A stretch of DNA of 64,000 nucleotides from Blasia pusilla. Lineage: Eukaryota. The stretch lies in NCBI GenBank assembly GCA_050084515.1, contig CM114271.1, forward strand, positions 48,298,001-48,362,000, in the 5' to 3' direction. The notes below the pieces were generated by a model, which did no database searches, had not been told where the DNA came from, and saw only the letters and a list, made by a program, of their open reading frames with translations. The translations under genes were made by a program, and so were the position numbers. The number at the start of each line of letters is the position of its first letter. Position 1 is the stretch's first letter. Below are positions 11,692 through 27,559 of the stretch, piece after piece.

Positions 11692-13009
11692 CACTAGAAG
11701 AAATCCTTGGTTTTATGACTAGGTTATATGACTCATATGAGTCATACTTTACATACCACGACTAACAATGACTAACGACTACTTTAGACACAAAATCCAA
11801 GTCATATTTGTTTGGCGACTAGGCTACCTAGGATGGTCAACTTAGGTGGAGGTTGGTATATGACTCGAGGGTGTAGTCATGAGGCCATGACTGACACGTC
11901 ATTCAGATGACGTGGAAAATTGACACATCATCAATGATATGGACTATTTAGTGTGATGTGTCACTGATGATATGGACTATTGCTGTGACATGTCACTGAT
12001 GATGTGGACTTGAGTACGACTCATCTAGTCATATAAGTATATTTTTCTAGTTACCACCAAAGACTCCTTTAGTCATGGTTGGTGTGCAAAAGTTCAGAAT
12101 ATCCTATCAAAATGCACCAAGAGTACTCCATTCAATTATAGTTGGCAACTCATGTAGTCATTTTATTTTATTGAAATGTTGGTATGGACTGATGTAGTGA
12201 TGTACTATGACTAGAAGAGTAGCGTTACATAACTACTATAAAAGCGGACACAACTGGTTTAGTCACAAAGATATGACTATGTGAGTAGCGGAAATTATGA
12301 AGTCATTGCAACAGAACTGCATGAGTTATACAATTATGACTAGAGAGAACTTGAAGCGTACTACTTCAATTTTTGAACCGTACAGTGCTAGTTATATTGA
12401 TATGGCTAGTGGGAATATAAATTTTGAATATTTTAGAATGTTTATTATGCCTCTTGAACGGTGCAAGAATTAATGGATCTGAATTATTGAAATCCTCTTT
12501 TCCATTTATATGGTGAACAATTAAGCGTTCACCTTAGCACAAAGTATAATTTTGAAAAAAGTGCACACAACTAAAACAACATCATATATCCAGAAACATG
12601 TCCACTCAACTATATGGAAGTAGCACATGAGCACTATGTTGTTACATTGAGTAGTGGCATCTTGATGTAATCAATAAACTACATGAATTTTCTCTAAGTT
12701 TAGAAAGAGATATAATAAGAATGTCTTGCTACAAACGAAACATACACAAGCAATTAACCAAGCAAATAATGAAAACATACTCTTGAAAACAGATTTTGAG
12801 GGATGGAATATCACTAAAGAGTAGCTTCCATACACCAAATTACAAAATGAATCACTATTACATGGGGTTATAATCCAAGTAGATAAAAAAAAATGAAGAT
12901 CAAATATAATAGGGTTTATGATCTCATCTTGAAAGAACAAGAGAGATCATGTCATCCATGAAAATAAAGTTAGTGCACCTTAGATAGTTGGGTGCCAGAA
13001 GAAAAGACT

Positions 13010-16000
13010 ACTCTACTGAATCACCTTTCTCATATGCATCTCTGGCCAGAGCATGCTTGAGCCAAGAGCATCACCAAATTTTTCTTGTACAGGTTCGTCT
13101 ATCAAATTTGGCATCCACAAAGCATGTTTTGGTTCCAACACCTCGTTTAGACCAACCCTCACTATGCCTAAGGGGATATCTTTGGCATGGAACTTGATAT
13201 AACTCCTGACCCACCAAAATCTGATATAACTCCTGACCCAAGCACCATCCTACTCAACTTTGGCTTGGTGAGTAATACATGATCACTAATTCGAAGCTAA
13301 AAAAATACACTGCATTTAGTTAGTATCAATTCAAATTCTTCCCACATGCATTTGCACCATTAACCTGAAAATAAAAAACTGCTATGATATACCTGTTTGA
13401 AAGACCATCCTCATTTTGGAAGATGATGCGAAAAGTTCACAAGTCCCAGAGTACCATTTGACTGTCCACAACAAGAAATATCAATGTTGTCATATAAACC
13501 TTGAATAGAAGAGGCCATTATAGATGAGAGAAATTATCTAGTTCTTTTCTTAGACGAGCCTGATCTGATTTCACTTTCCTGCTCATTCAAACCATCAGAT
13601 TGTAGCCTAGACTTCTGTCTTTTGGCTGGTGATGATTTGGCTTGGCTGTCCATACTCAGGTTTTCTGCACATTATGCACGCCAAAGTCCATTGAATGTTG
13701 TAGGAAGAAATAACTATTGTTTTGTGGATAGGTTGAAAACTACAACAAAGACAAATTCATTATGCCAAGGATGACATACTTATAAGTGATTTGAGTATCA
13801 CCATGTGCACTTTCTGTGGAACTTCTCCTTTAGTTGCTCCGTTCTGGCACTTTTACAAACAACCGAAGTATTAAGAAATGGATTGTAAAACTAGATTCTT
13901 CACTTCAACAAGTAATTAGATTAGAAGACCCTACATCTAGTGAAGCTAAAATCACTCCTTACCACCAGATTGTGTAGTTGCCATTGCCTCTTTTTGTGTG
14001 GAGATCTTCCTCTTCCCTAATTGTACGGCTTCAGACGTTGGTATAGGTTCAACAATGACTGTAAGTTACTCAAAACAAAGAAAGTCAATTCTGAAATACT
14101 CATGCTAGAAAGGACAAGTAGTTATAACCATTCAAAATTGAGGGCAGAAGAATGAGAATGGGCTACCAAATGTGAGCTTCTCATCCCTTGTTGCATATGG
14201 TTGAGAATTGGATGGCGGAAAACTAGAAATCTAGTGTGGTGTTGAAGACACATCCTTTGAAGTAAGCTTGGACACCATTTCCATTAGTACACTTAATGCT
14301 ATGTTCTGCCGTTCCATCTGCAACTTCACATCATCCAAATCTGCGCTCCACTTCTTTTCCACTTCTTCCAATTGAATAGTAACTCTGGATTTCACACTCT
14401 GCATATATAATCCAACGATCAATTAGGTAGAAAAAAACAATGGTTTTGCAATTATACAGCCAGATACAACCATGATACTAACTCCATAATTCAACATGAT
14501 TAAGGATATGATATTAACTTCATGAGCCAATCAGATGAAAGTCATGATACTAGCCATGTCAAGCCAATGGGTAAGAAAAGAGTTATGCATTTACATTTAC
14601 CGATGAACTCAATTGTGCAAAACCTGGTTATTTAGGCAGCGCGTCTCTCTTCATAGATTCTAGCCCCGTGCTCTAGGACTCCTTTGAGGTACGTGGTTGC
14701 ACTTGCACATGCTCCTTAAATACATAGATTATTAATTTCATGCATGTGAAAGGGTTCAATGCAAATATGGAAATGAAACACTAATGGGGATTTTCTACCA
14801 TTATGTAACTTTAGCAAGAAAACTAGGGAATGCCAAGATGACTTACATCAAGTCCATCTAAACATGCACGGACGGAGAAATTTAAAGTTTGGACCTTGGC
14901 CCTTGCTCGAGCTATCTTTTCTGCCTTCATTTTGCCCTCCTCGGAGAACCAATAATCTACTAATCGATTCCATGACTCCTCTTTGGTATCAGGGTGACAC
15001 GGGATTGCGCGATGAGCCCCATGTAATGTCCAATAGTTCTTGACATTGGATCACTCAGTTTTCAATAGTTGTGCTATTTTTTTTTCTTCATGAAATCAAG
15101 CGAAAGAGATGATGCACCCACATATGTGTATACAACCATTTGATAGAATTCTGTTTGCTTATCTTAATGCATGATAAGTCCAAGTATCTCATCATCCATA
15201 CCTTCAATTCATTTAGCCAAGGCTCATAACCTGGAACTCTAGGCAACAGAATACCATTTGGCATGAGCTCACATCTAGGTTTTAAGTTATGCTCCTTCCT
15301 AATGGAGACATCACGAGTCCACAAATCACGCTTTGTGCGACTCTGCCATTCTCCTACAAATATACCACCATCCCAATTCTCAGATGTCAAAAAGGTAGGG
15401 CCGACGATTATAAACTCACCAAATCATATCATCTATAAACAAATCAAATAACCTAGAAATATGTAAACTATAAAATCAATTTCTCTAGGCATAAATTCCG
15501 TATCATATCATATCATTTTTAATAACTTCCAAAACAGAGACTCAAGAATTGAGTAGCCACATGAACAAAGGTCTAGAAAGTACCACATTTTCATCACTCT
15601 ATAATTGAGGTCGTCGCGTGCAAGAATACAACAACCTATTCAATATAAATTTGCAAACTTGGAACCAAGTGAGAAGTTACCTGTAGATGCACATGATTGC
15701 GGGGTCAAATTCTCTGATGGGCTTGGTATTGCGCAAGATTGAGACCTACTACGGTATAATTGGTCGTCCGTATTCCCGCTGGCCAATGGAGGTGCCAATG
15801 GTATTGGGGGCGGCGGTTGGGATGGCCCATGTCCCTTGTGTCCACAAAAGAAATACAATTAGCTAGTTATACTTCCAAGTAATTGAATTCCCCTTTGGAA
15901 AATAAGAAAGGGCAGAATAGTAAGCCTACTCACCCACGGGGATGGGATGATCATGGATGATTGAGCTCCATTGGTCCATGGTGGCTGAAATTGACTTCCA

Positions 16001-16950
16001 TAACCCATCGGTGATTGCATCATCATAGGTACCCACCACGGCATCTGGCTTTGTGCCCATGGGGGTGGAGGAGGGGGATATGTTTGCGAAGGCATTATGG
16101 GTTGTGATGGAGTTCCCTCCATGGGCTACACATGTAAGTAAATTTGTTAGTAAACTAAAATAGAGAGCATTTGATGAATAAAGATTAGTGAAGTCATAAT
16201 GACACGTTTCTACCACTCAATTTATTACATACTAATCATACATATAGAGATAGTTGAATATTCCTCCATGACTACAATTACATTACTGCATCATTTGTAT
16301 TGGTGTAATTTCGTACACTTCCCTGTTTGGATGGTTTGACTAGACGCTCCTTTGCTTGAGGCTATTCAAAACAAACAGCTCATTGTAAGTTAACACAATA
16401 TTCATAATTCTGAAATCTAAAGAGAGTAACAAAACAACAAGATGTGAAGAGAAAGTACCCTCCCATCCTCTAGCCACAAGTCGTCGTCCTCTTCAGCCCC
16501 CAAGAAGTCTATCTCAGGGAGTGGATTATAATAGGGGTCTTTGGAATCACTATGTGAACAATCTTTTTGAGTCTCCTCAGGGATTACACTTTGGTTAGTG
16601 GCCTTCTCCTGCAATCGTAAGCTGCGTCTTCTAGGAAGAGAAGGATTCCAAAATGGCAAAGGCTTGCGCTCCTTCACAACCCTTGGAGCAATAAACCTTC
16701 AAAATATGATCACACAAATTCTGTCATATTTCCTAATCTACAACCACTATATGAACATGATACACTTGACCAAATAAAGCAAAAGATAAAGGTTATCCAT
16801 GATCATACTTACCAATCCTTCAACCCACCAAACAACTCCGCCTCTTTGGCCTTTCTCTCTCTCACTCTACGATTCCTTTCGTCTTCGTAAGGATTAGGAC
16901 TTTGTTAAACATTATCTATACCATCCCAAAATGAACTCTTATTGGATTCC
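13010..16950 (-). pseudogene. CACTA second gene (TnpA-like), multi-exon, decayed
   Basis: Downstream of TnpD in the same orientation; Pro-rich and coiled-coil exons (15859-16122, 14231-14422); C-terminal exon KFHAKDIPLGIVRVGLNEV...IDEPVQEKFGDALGSSMLWP at about 13030-13195 resembles ORF 49370-49615. Confidence 0.65.
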
Positions 16951-17219
16951 ACGTTCTCATCAGTCATATCAAGTACACCGTTCTAAGCACCTCCCTCCCT
17001 CTATAAACGACAAGTTAGCAAGAATAACACCTAACTTCACGACAATTTGAGAGTTCTACTTGTTGCCACAGATTTTCATCCATTATGCCAAACAACACAT
17101 GAATTCACTTACATCCTCGTAACAGAAGTCAATTATTTGAATCATACCAGAAAAAACACAATGGTGAGTACCAAAGATACAACTATGAATTAATCTAATT
17201 TGATTCTGAGTTATAAGAG

Positions 17220-20200
17220 TCTGAATCAACGTCTTCTATCATATCGCATACATGATTATTGGCACATGCTGCACATCCACCCTAGCAGTTTCCATTTCTG
17301 CATCACTTAGGACTCTAGCTCCTAAGGTACTTGCATATGGTAGATTCTTTGGTTCCATGCATATGGCATGGAAGGTGGGCAAAGCATTACAAGCTCCATC
17401 TAGTGACTCTAAGTCATCAAAATAAACTCTTCAAGCTCTAGCTTCCTTCCTCATTACCACTTTCCATCCTCCACCCTCATCGGCATCTCCATAAAACACT
17501 TGTTGCACTTGTGATGGGAAAACAAATGGTTGGTGATCTAACGGCTCGCATGACCTCAAGTTGGCCAATAGAAAACCCTCCTTATCCAATTTCATGGATC
17601 CTACTCTCGAATCCCAATCTGCTTTATCCCACCGCCCTCGCATTAGTATTATGGGTTGTTCAACAATCCCATAATCAAGTAAGAGAATATCAACCAACAC
17701 CCCAACATATGAGTATAAACAATTCTGGTGGGAACTTTTTTCATCAACAAATATTGCACCTATTCCACTATCATAAGTGGAGAAGGGTGTCGCACCACTT
17801 GGCCCTTCTACCCTGAAGTGGTTTCCGTAGGCTTTCATACTCTTGAATGACAATGCCCTACTATTAGGAGGTATAGCTAACGATAGTAGGTGAGCATTAT
17901 GATCTTTTGAGTTGTCAATTGCATCCTATGTAATGGCACGGCGAATCCACTTTTCAAAAGGAATGTCTTTCAAACATGACTGATATTTCTTGTTCAATAA
18001 CAATGTTAATGGTATTAGTACATTTTTTGTATTTAATGTGTCAATACCAAGATAATATACACTTTGAGAGGAAGAACCGTAATTAACATAACTATAACCT
18101 TGAAAAGCATATATTGGAGAGTTTTACCTTTTCCAATCAACCATGACCTATGTATTATGCAACACATAATGATGTGCTAAGTTGATCATTTTTCTCGAAA
18201 GTCAAACAGGAGTGCCTGCACCTTCTAGCTCCTCCTCTTTCTCCCCACCATCCCACACTTGCGTCCGCACGTCTTCAAACCTTTTCATATACTCTGTCAC
18301 AAACCCTAATGCCTCGTCCTTCAAATACCCTTGTGCCATATACCCCTCTGGCCTAGCTTTAGACCGTACATATTTCTTCATGTACCCCATATACCGCTCC
18401 ATTGGATACATCCACTGACATGCTACTGGCCCACACATGTCCAATTCTTCTACGACATGAATAAAAAAATGTGTCATCACGTCGAAGAAAGATGGAGGGA
18501 AATGTATTTCAAAGAGACAAAGGGTTATGGCAGTCTCTTCCAAGAGTTTGTCGAATAAAGCTGGATCATACACCTTTGTACACACCATTCTAAAAATGTC
18601 GGATAATCTAATAACCACCATTCTCACATAGTCCTTCACAAGACCACGGATGCAATAAGGAAGGACTTGCTAAATGAAGACATGGTAATCATGTGATTTC
18701 ATATTGCCCAATTTTCAATTAACCACATGCTTGGAGAGTTCTCCAGAATATCCAGATGGCACCTTCAAGTTCTGAATCCTCGAAAGGAAAGTGTTCAAGT
18801 CATGGGGAGATAGACAATAATCGGAAACCGGTTTAAGCAAAACTTGGGGTTTACTAGGATGGGGTTGCAACCACAAATGAGATCGAATCCCACAGGCCTC
18901 CAAATCTCTCCTTACTTTCACAATATCTTTCACTCCAAATAAGGTCTTGACTAGATTCTCAACGATATTCTTCTCAAAGTGCATTACATGTAACGTATAA
19001 CATATAAGAAAATTCTGATTATATCGTCAAGGAAGCATGGACATCTCACAACTTGAACATAATAGCTAATATCTACAATCAAATCAAACAAAAGCTATCC
19101 TCCTCTATAGCCACTATTTCATAACATAAAGAATAGATAATTTAGAGAGGAAGCAGGATAATGGCCAATAAGGCAACGAATATAGTATACTCAGCCTTTT
19201 CATCCCAGTTCTCTTGTAGGGATCATTAGGGCCATCTTCTCGACCCCCACTCTCATCATATGTATGTTTTTCATTTGCCCATCCAATAATCTCTCCGGAA
19301 AGTAGTCTAGGCACGCGGGGTCTAAGTTCAACACTCCCGTTGAAATGAGATCCATACCTACGGGTCCTCCATGGATGGTTCAATGGAAGATATCAACGAT
19401 GACAACCGTATATGGGCTTGCCACAAGACTTTGAAAAATCAGAATCCACTCGAGGCCCGCATATAATAAATCCTAGGTTTCCACCGTGGCTCTGCCCAGC
19501 TACAGTTCCGTATGCCGGGTAATCATTTATGGTCCATAGTAAGGTAGCCCTAAACATGAAGTTCCAACTTCAGCCTACCTTCCGAACGTCATGAAATTGA
19601 ACCCCTTTCCACATTTCATGGAACTCTTCCACTAGAGGAAGCAAGTATGTGTCTATGTTTTTCCCATTTACACTCTCCTTCCGTGGTATGATCAAAGAGA
19701 GCATCACAAAGATTTTTTTTTTTCTGGAGCCAGGGAGGCAAGTTATAATTAACATGGAGTACATGCCATGTTGACCACAAACTCGATTTGTCTGAAAATG
19801 GATTCACTCCCTCCAAAGCTAGCCCAAACCTGTAATTCCTCTTCTCCTCGGCAAAGTCTGGATATAAGTTGTCTATGTGGCGCCATGCCTTGCAATCAGC
19901 TGTATGCCTTACTAAGCCATCCTTGCTCTGATTCAAGGGGGCCCATGTTAACAATTCAGACAATGGCTTGCATCTAAACATACGTCTCATCTAAGGTATG
20001 ATAGGAAAATGCCTTAATACCTTACATGGTACCAACGTTCTACCCACTTTTCGGAACGTTGGTTTCCCACATAATGGACACATCTCAGCTTCAACCAAAT
20101 CACCCTGGAATAAAACACATCCAGCCAGACACGCATGGATACTATTGTAACCTAAGCCTAGTTTACCAATGAGTTTTTTTGCTACATAATAACTCGGTGG

Positions 20201-20940
20201 TGCCAAGTTCCTTATTGGTAGGACCAACTTACAAAAGAGTTTCAAAAATTCGTCAATAGCTACATTTGGGATGCCATGGGTGGTTTGAATGTTGAATAGT
20301 AACATGACAAAATCCAAAACATATGTTTTTGCTGTAGGGAACAAGGGTTTGCAAGCTCCAGCAAGCTCCTCATATTCATCTCCATGATTAAATAGTGGTT
20401 CTTTGTTCGAAAATTCCGGTTCCGGTAATTCATCAGATGGAAGAGATATCTCTTCAGTTTTATCCTCGTGTATATGCTCCTATTTTTGGAAAATATCATT
20501 GGGCATTTTATGAATGTCAATGTGCTCGTCTCTATCTGCCATGTAAGATCTCTCCCTTCCATCCATATGGAATGTGGGGGCTAACTCCATTGTCTTATCC
20601 TCTTGGCTTCTTTTTTCAGCAAGATCATGCATAAGCCACTCCTCATCTGAAGAGTCCCATCCATTCCTAGATTTCGGCACTCGACAAAGCGCCGAGCATT
20701 CATTTTTTCTCAAATGTGCTTCCACCTTCCCAATGGACAACGTAGACCCACCCTTACAGTCATGGCATGGACACCGCAATCTTTTACAGCCCAGTGCACT
20801 AGCTCATGTGCTTTCCCATTGCCACAACTTGGAATCGTGTGCCTTTACTCTAATTGGGTCGTTCAAATCCATTCTAAGGGGATTGGAAGTGAATTCCCGC
20901 AAATTGTGAACTGAAACATTCCAAACACATCCAAAACCAT
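17220..20940 (-). pseudogene. CACTA TnpD-like transposase (transposase-associated, Transposase_21, DUF4218, DUF4216 regions), decayed
   Basis: RCPCHDC; IHACLAGCVLF...CPLCG...KVLRHFPIIP; WRHIDNLYPDFAEEKRNYRFGLALEGVNPF; MHFEKNI; FPPSFFDVMTHFFIHVVEE...WMYPMERYM; QPFVFPSQVQQVFY...WKVV. Confidence 0.92.
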
Positions 20941-21500
20941 GACATCTTGCCTCAATAAAAATTTCCATAAACCACAGCTGGACGAGCTATCATCTTAGAT
21001 GAATGCATACCACGTGAAGTCAAGACAAGTATGGTAAGGCACATATACCTAACCTGGTTCTTATCTCGATGGAGATTTCAATTGTCACTAACAATCCTCA
21101 TTGATGTGGTCCAACGCTTCCAACGATATTCTTGAATGACAAATGTAACACGCCCAACTTTAGATAATGACTCAATCCTTTGATATGTACACTTCATCAT
21201 GGCCTTGGTCTAATAAATGTTTCCAGCGAAGATCTAGATAAACAAACTATAAAGCTAATCTGCTCTGAGTGACCATAGTACTTCACCTTACACTCATATC
21301 AAATTAACCACTAAAGCAAGTGACTAACCTACGTGAAGGCGCAAGGAGAACAAGGAGAAGAGTGACGTACAAGTAAGTACTTGGTAGGTCAAGAAGCAAA
21401 TATCTTGGTCCCCTGCGTGATATTTGAGTCTTTCTTTGCTCCTCTACATGATACACAACACCACTTGAGCCAAATTCAACCAATTCCATGGTCGGTGCGG

Positions 21501-23232
<1,732 letters not shown>

Positions 23233-23279
<47 letters not shown>
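23233..23279. repeat. (CT)n(AT)n compound microsatellite
   Basis: CT run 23233-23260 then AT run 23261-23279, at the LINE 3' end. Confidence 0.97.
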
Positions 23280-24841
23280 AATAAAAGGCATGATGCTATA
23301 TATATGAACGTTTAAAGAGAGAACGAATGAAATCAGAGAGAAAGATTACCGAATAAGTTATGCGTAATGTAGCTTATGATGATAAAGCCCGCACCCTTGT
23401 TGGACGGTCTAGATAGGGAGTAAATATGAAATTATTGTCCAAGAACGCTAAAGGTCCGTGGGACTTCGCCTTCCAAGTGTGCAAAGAAGAGATATGATTG
23501 GGTTTCGTTTTCATTTGGGACTAAAGGCTGACAGCCTTGTGTGACCCCCTTCCATTTCTATGTTGATGCCATCGCATCCGACAGACACTAACAGGTTTTG
23601 AAGCCCATTTGAGGTCCCCATGAAGGAGATTTGGTTTCCCAAGGAAGATTTTGGGTGTCTCTCCCACGCTCTTAAACCCATGAGCATGGAAAAGTCACAC
23701 ACGGAAGGTTGTTTCTCTCTAGAGCATAGGGTAGATAGCATGGCCTCAACCCCACTTGTCAGGGGTTGAGACTGCCGTCATTTGACAATTGTAGTGGCGT
23801 TTGATAATTGTGGGATATGCCCTAGATGCAATGTTGTCAAGTGTGGGCGTTTCAAATGTATATTAGTGTCAACCAGATCAAGCACCGTAACCAAGAATAG
23901 GCCTCCCACTGTCAGTGTGAAACACATCTGAGATGCCTACTCACAATTTTCACTTACTAGTCAAAGTGGAGGCACCTCAAAGGCTTAATTAACCACTTGC
24001 TTGGCTGTGAGGATGATCTCTGAAGTTATGGTGTATGTTCTCTGGATGCATGATTCATGGCTTTGTGGGTCCGGCACAATCAAGAAGTCCAATTCTTTTC
24101 TCTCCAAAGACATAAAACTCTCGATGTGAAAACAGGCATTTTCTACCAGAGCCTTTGGGTGACAAGAAACACAAGATTGTGTACTGTCTAATTTTTATAA
24201 GCTATGCAACACAACAGTAATATGAATTAAAGTTTCTGATTCTATGCAGAACAATAATACTACGTCATCAAGCCCCAAACTTAAAGGTGAACATCAGGAG
24301 TGACGGTTATACAGTGGTGGATGAATTACTCATGCTTGAAGAGATACGCATCTAAAGGAGAGCAGTAGCAAAGAATTGCTCAAGATGGCGAATGCAGCAA
24401 GCGGAGACGGAAGTAGCCCTCACTAGCTCAGCAAACCCAACTCGTCGCCTCAGCAGACAATCCACCACGAACAGAGTCCCGACTCAAAACAGTGATCAGC
24501 GAGCGCGCACAAGGAATTCACCCAACTTCAGCCTTTGACTTACAACTCGTAGTGCATAGGAGCTATAAGGCGGAGACAAGTCGCACAGATCAACAAGGGA
24601 TGAAGAAGGTGGTGGCCAATCATGTAACAGGCGGTGGTCACAACTTCACATAATATTTAGTTCATTTTTTTTAGCAAGTAAAGGCAGGGGAAGACCTCAC
24701 ATACCATACCATAAGAGAAAAATGAGATGTTAACAAACAAAGGGTAGAGAGGAGGCAACTCATCAAACAATCAAACAATTAATGCTACTGCTCTGCCTCG
24801 TGCTCTGCCCGACATGCTTCCCTCCCCCAACGAGTGAAGAT

Positions 24842-25271
24842 AATTCTCATATTGCAATTGCTCTCCGAGTTCTGTACTGAATTTGAGCCGAGATCTTCTC
24901 TAACAACCTTTCACATCTACTTTCAAGGCTTAGCTCTGTCCATTTTCTATTCACGTGATTTTAGAGAGGTTACAAAGGGAGTAAGACACGAGTTCTTGCT
25001 CCACAAGATTCTCAATGTCGGACGCACCAACTTCATACACAACTCAAGACTAAGTAGAGTGATAAAACACTCAAGAGTATTTGACGGCCTTGCTTGCTTG
25101 ATGCTTGCTTCATTACAATCCGGAGATTGCAAGATCGCCATCGTGTGGATTTGTGTGATGAAAGTGACCAAGTACCCGAACGTCTGAACTTCTGCCAAGA
25201 AAATTCTCATATTGCAATCGCTCTCCGAGTTTTGCACTGAATTCGAACCGAGATCTTCTCTGACAACCTTT
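24842..25271. repeat. ~70 bp direct repeat, copies 360 bp apart
   Basis: aattctcatattgcaat.gctctccgagtt.tg.actgaatt.ga.ccgagatcttctct.acaaccttt at 24842-24911 and 25202-25271. Confidence 0.9.
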
Positions 25272-25996
25272 TATAATGTGCTAAGGAAGAGCGGATAAGT
25301 AGAAAACATTACGAAGACCTTCTGTCTTCGCAACAAAGATCTATTAAGGAAGCAATTTTCACAAAGTCAGACCATAGGTTCCCTTGACAGATCCACTATA
25401 ACAAAATAAAAAGAAAGGGTTGCGAAAAATGTCCAAAGCCACATAATATAACCACCGACTCTTACCTTCAACATAGACAATGCACGGCGAGAAAATGTGA
25501 CCTTACACGGTGTCATCAACGACAACGCACGGACGGCACACAGCATCCCGAGAGCGGCTCGCTGCGCTGCATAATCACTGCTACAAATCTCATCATCCGG
25601 CCAGATATATCCGAGGCAGCGTGCAAATTGGTAAGACACCGATCCAACAAAGATGGAGCAAAATGGCGGCGAAACTTCAAATGCGCCTGAAAATGTGCAT
25701 GGAGGAAACGACCTTTGCTCGCTCGAGAGTCCACGATCTTTCAACCAGAAACGATAGTAAATGAGGTAAGGACGCGTCACAGATGTCCGTGAAGGATCAT
25801 TATTTTAAGTGGAGGAGAAACACCCAAATACACTGAATAAACATCCTCTCCTCTTCAACTGCCCCACTCCCACTGATCTTCAAACTTCCCACTCCCGACC
25901 TCCAAACTCTTCACTCCCACCTGTGAACTCCAAACATTCTGAACGTCCCACATTCCAATGCACTCTCAAACTTCCCACTCCCAACCTCCAAACTCT

Positions 25997-27276
25997 TGTA
26001 ATGTAAAAGTGGTTTTAAAAAGTATCTTTATACGACAATTTAATGAGTTCGATCCCCAAGAGGATCACGATTATGTGAAAAGAGAGGTCAAGATGTCGTT
26101 TATCTTGCAATAGTTCTAATTAAGTGTATATAATTCAGATTCAATGACTTATCAATGTCTTCAAATCTCTCTTAGTACCAAGATTTCTTTCCTCTATTCT
26201 CTCTAGTGGAGTTGAAATCACGCTCAGGTAGATCTTCACTCAACATCAAAGAACCTCACAGAGATCTCAACAAGAAGTTGGCTTCTCCTACTTTCGGAAC
26301 TCAATCCGTCTAGGCACGTTACTCTCTGTCGAACAGATTTCTTACAACTCCATGTTGATTATTCTATTGATGAAAAGGTTCTCCTGATCCACTCTTCACT
26401 CTACATACCCAATGAGAATACTCAAACATATGCATCGCACATCAGAATGAAGAAATGAGTACTTTACTACTCCATCAAGAATGAGAAAGCTTCAAAAGTG
26501 TGTACAAACACAAGAGGGCACTACTCTCTTGCTCAGACCATTCCTACAACATAAGGACTTTGTGAGAGAATGATGATGATAGCTATTTTCATGCTTCTTA
26601 AATATCTTCCGAGCCAGTCGTAGGTCCAAAGATCTGAAGCGTCTCTTACGAATCTAGTGTCTATTGAGAGTTTGTAACTACCATAATCTACGGTTCTCTT
26701 ATCTTTTCCTATGATCGCTATGAATCTGCTGGGCGTAACTGTTCTAACTTCCTATCTGGTTCAAAAAGTTGCGCCTCTTCCTAGTCTAACTGTTCTACCA
26801 GTGAGCCGCTTGAAATCACTTCGAGTCTTAGCTTTGCTTCGCTGCAAAGTCTTAACTTCTTCTTCTTCCCTTGAGGACAAAGCTCTTTTTTAGGACAAAG
26901 TGCTGCATTCTTTGCTCTTGTTCCAGGTGCTTTGGTCTTCGTGCTTCACTGAAGAGCGAAGTATTTCTTCCTCTTCATCTTCATCATGCTTCGTTCAAGA
27001 GCGAAGCACTTCATTAACAAGCTCTTAATAAGGCTTCGTTGTCTTTTTCAAGCTTCGCTCTTAGTCTTTAGACCTCGTTACTGCATTTCCCTCTCCTCTA
27101 AGGAAAATCCTTGATCTTCCTCCTCTCTGCCTTGTCCTAGGAGCTTCGTGATCTCTTCCAATATTACTCATTCTTCTACTACACAACCATAATATCCAAA
27201 ATCATTATGTATACACAAGTTTTCTTTGAATAAAAAAGCTCTAAATCTTCAAAAGTACAAAATTGTGGGTATCACA
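25997..27276 (-). mobile_element. Solo LTR (probably Ty3/gypsy), 1280 bp
   Basis: TGTAAT...ATCACA termini; 5-bp TSD ACTCT at 25992-25996 and 27277-27281; removing it restores a local ~90 bp tandem repeat (ccaaactct.cactccc.c.tgtgaact). Orientation is inferred from the TGTGATACCC start on the minus strand. Confidence 0.88.
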
Positions 27277-27559
27277 ACTCTCCACTCCCGCTTGTGAACT
27301 TCGAACGTTGAGAACGTCCCATACTCCATTGCACTCTCTGCTTACTCTCTCCCGCCACACACACACACTTTGGGACGAAACAATGAGTGGGACTCTAAAC
27401 ATTCCATGCCACATCATCATTCTCTTCCATGCCACATCAACATTCCTTTTCGTGACATGGAAATTTTTTTAACAACCTTTTCCCTAGGACCATCTTCACT
27501 TTTATTTCCAACACAATATGGAAGATTATTCGACTCATTTTGCTCGCGGATATTATAAA

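Noticed and set aside
13195..13240. Short direct repeat tgatataactcctgaccca
   Set aside because: A local slippage or repair duplication in a decayed CACTA exon; no evidence of function.
26045..26057. GAGTTCGATCCCC resembling a tRNA T-arm/B-box
   Set aside because: No cloverleaf or A-box; it lies inside a solo LTR.
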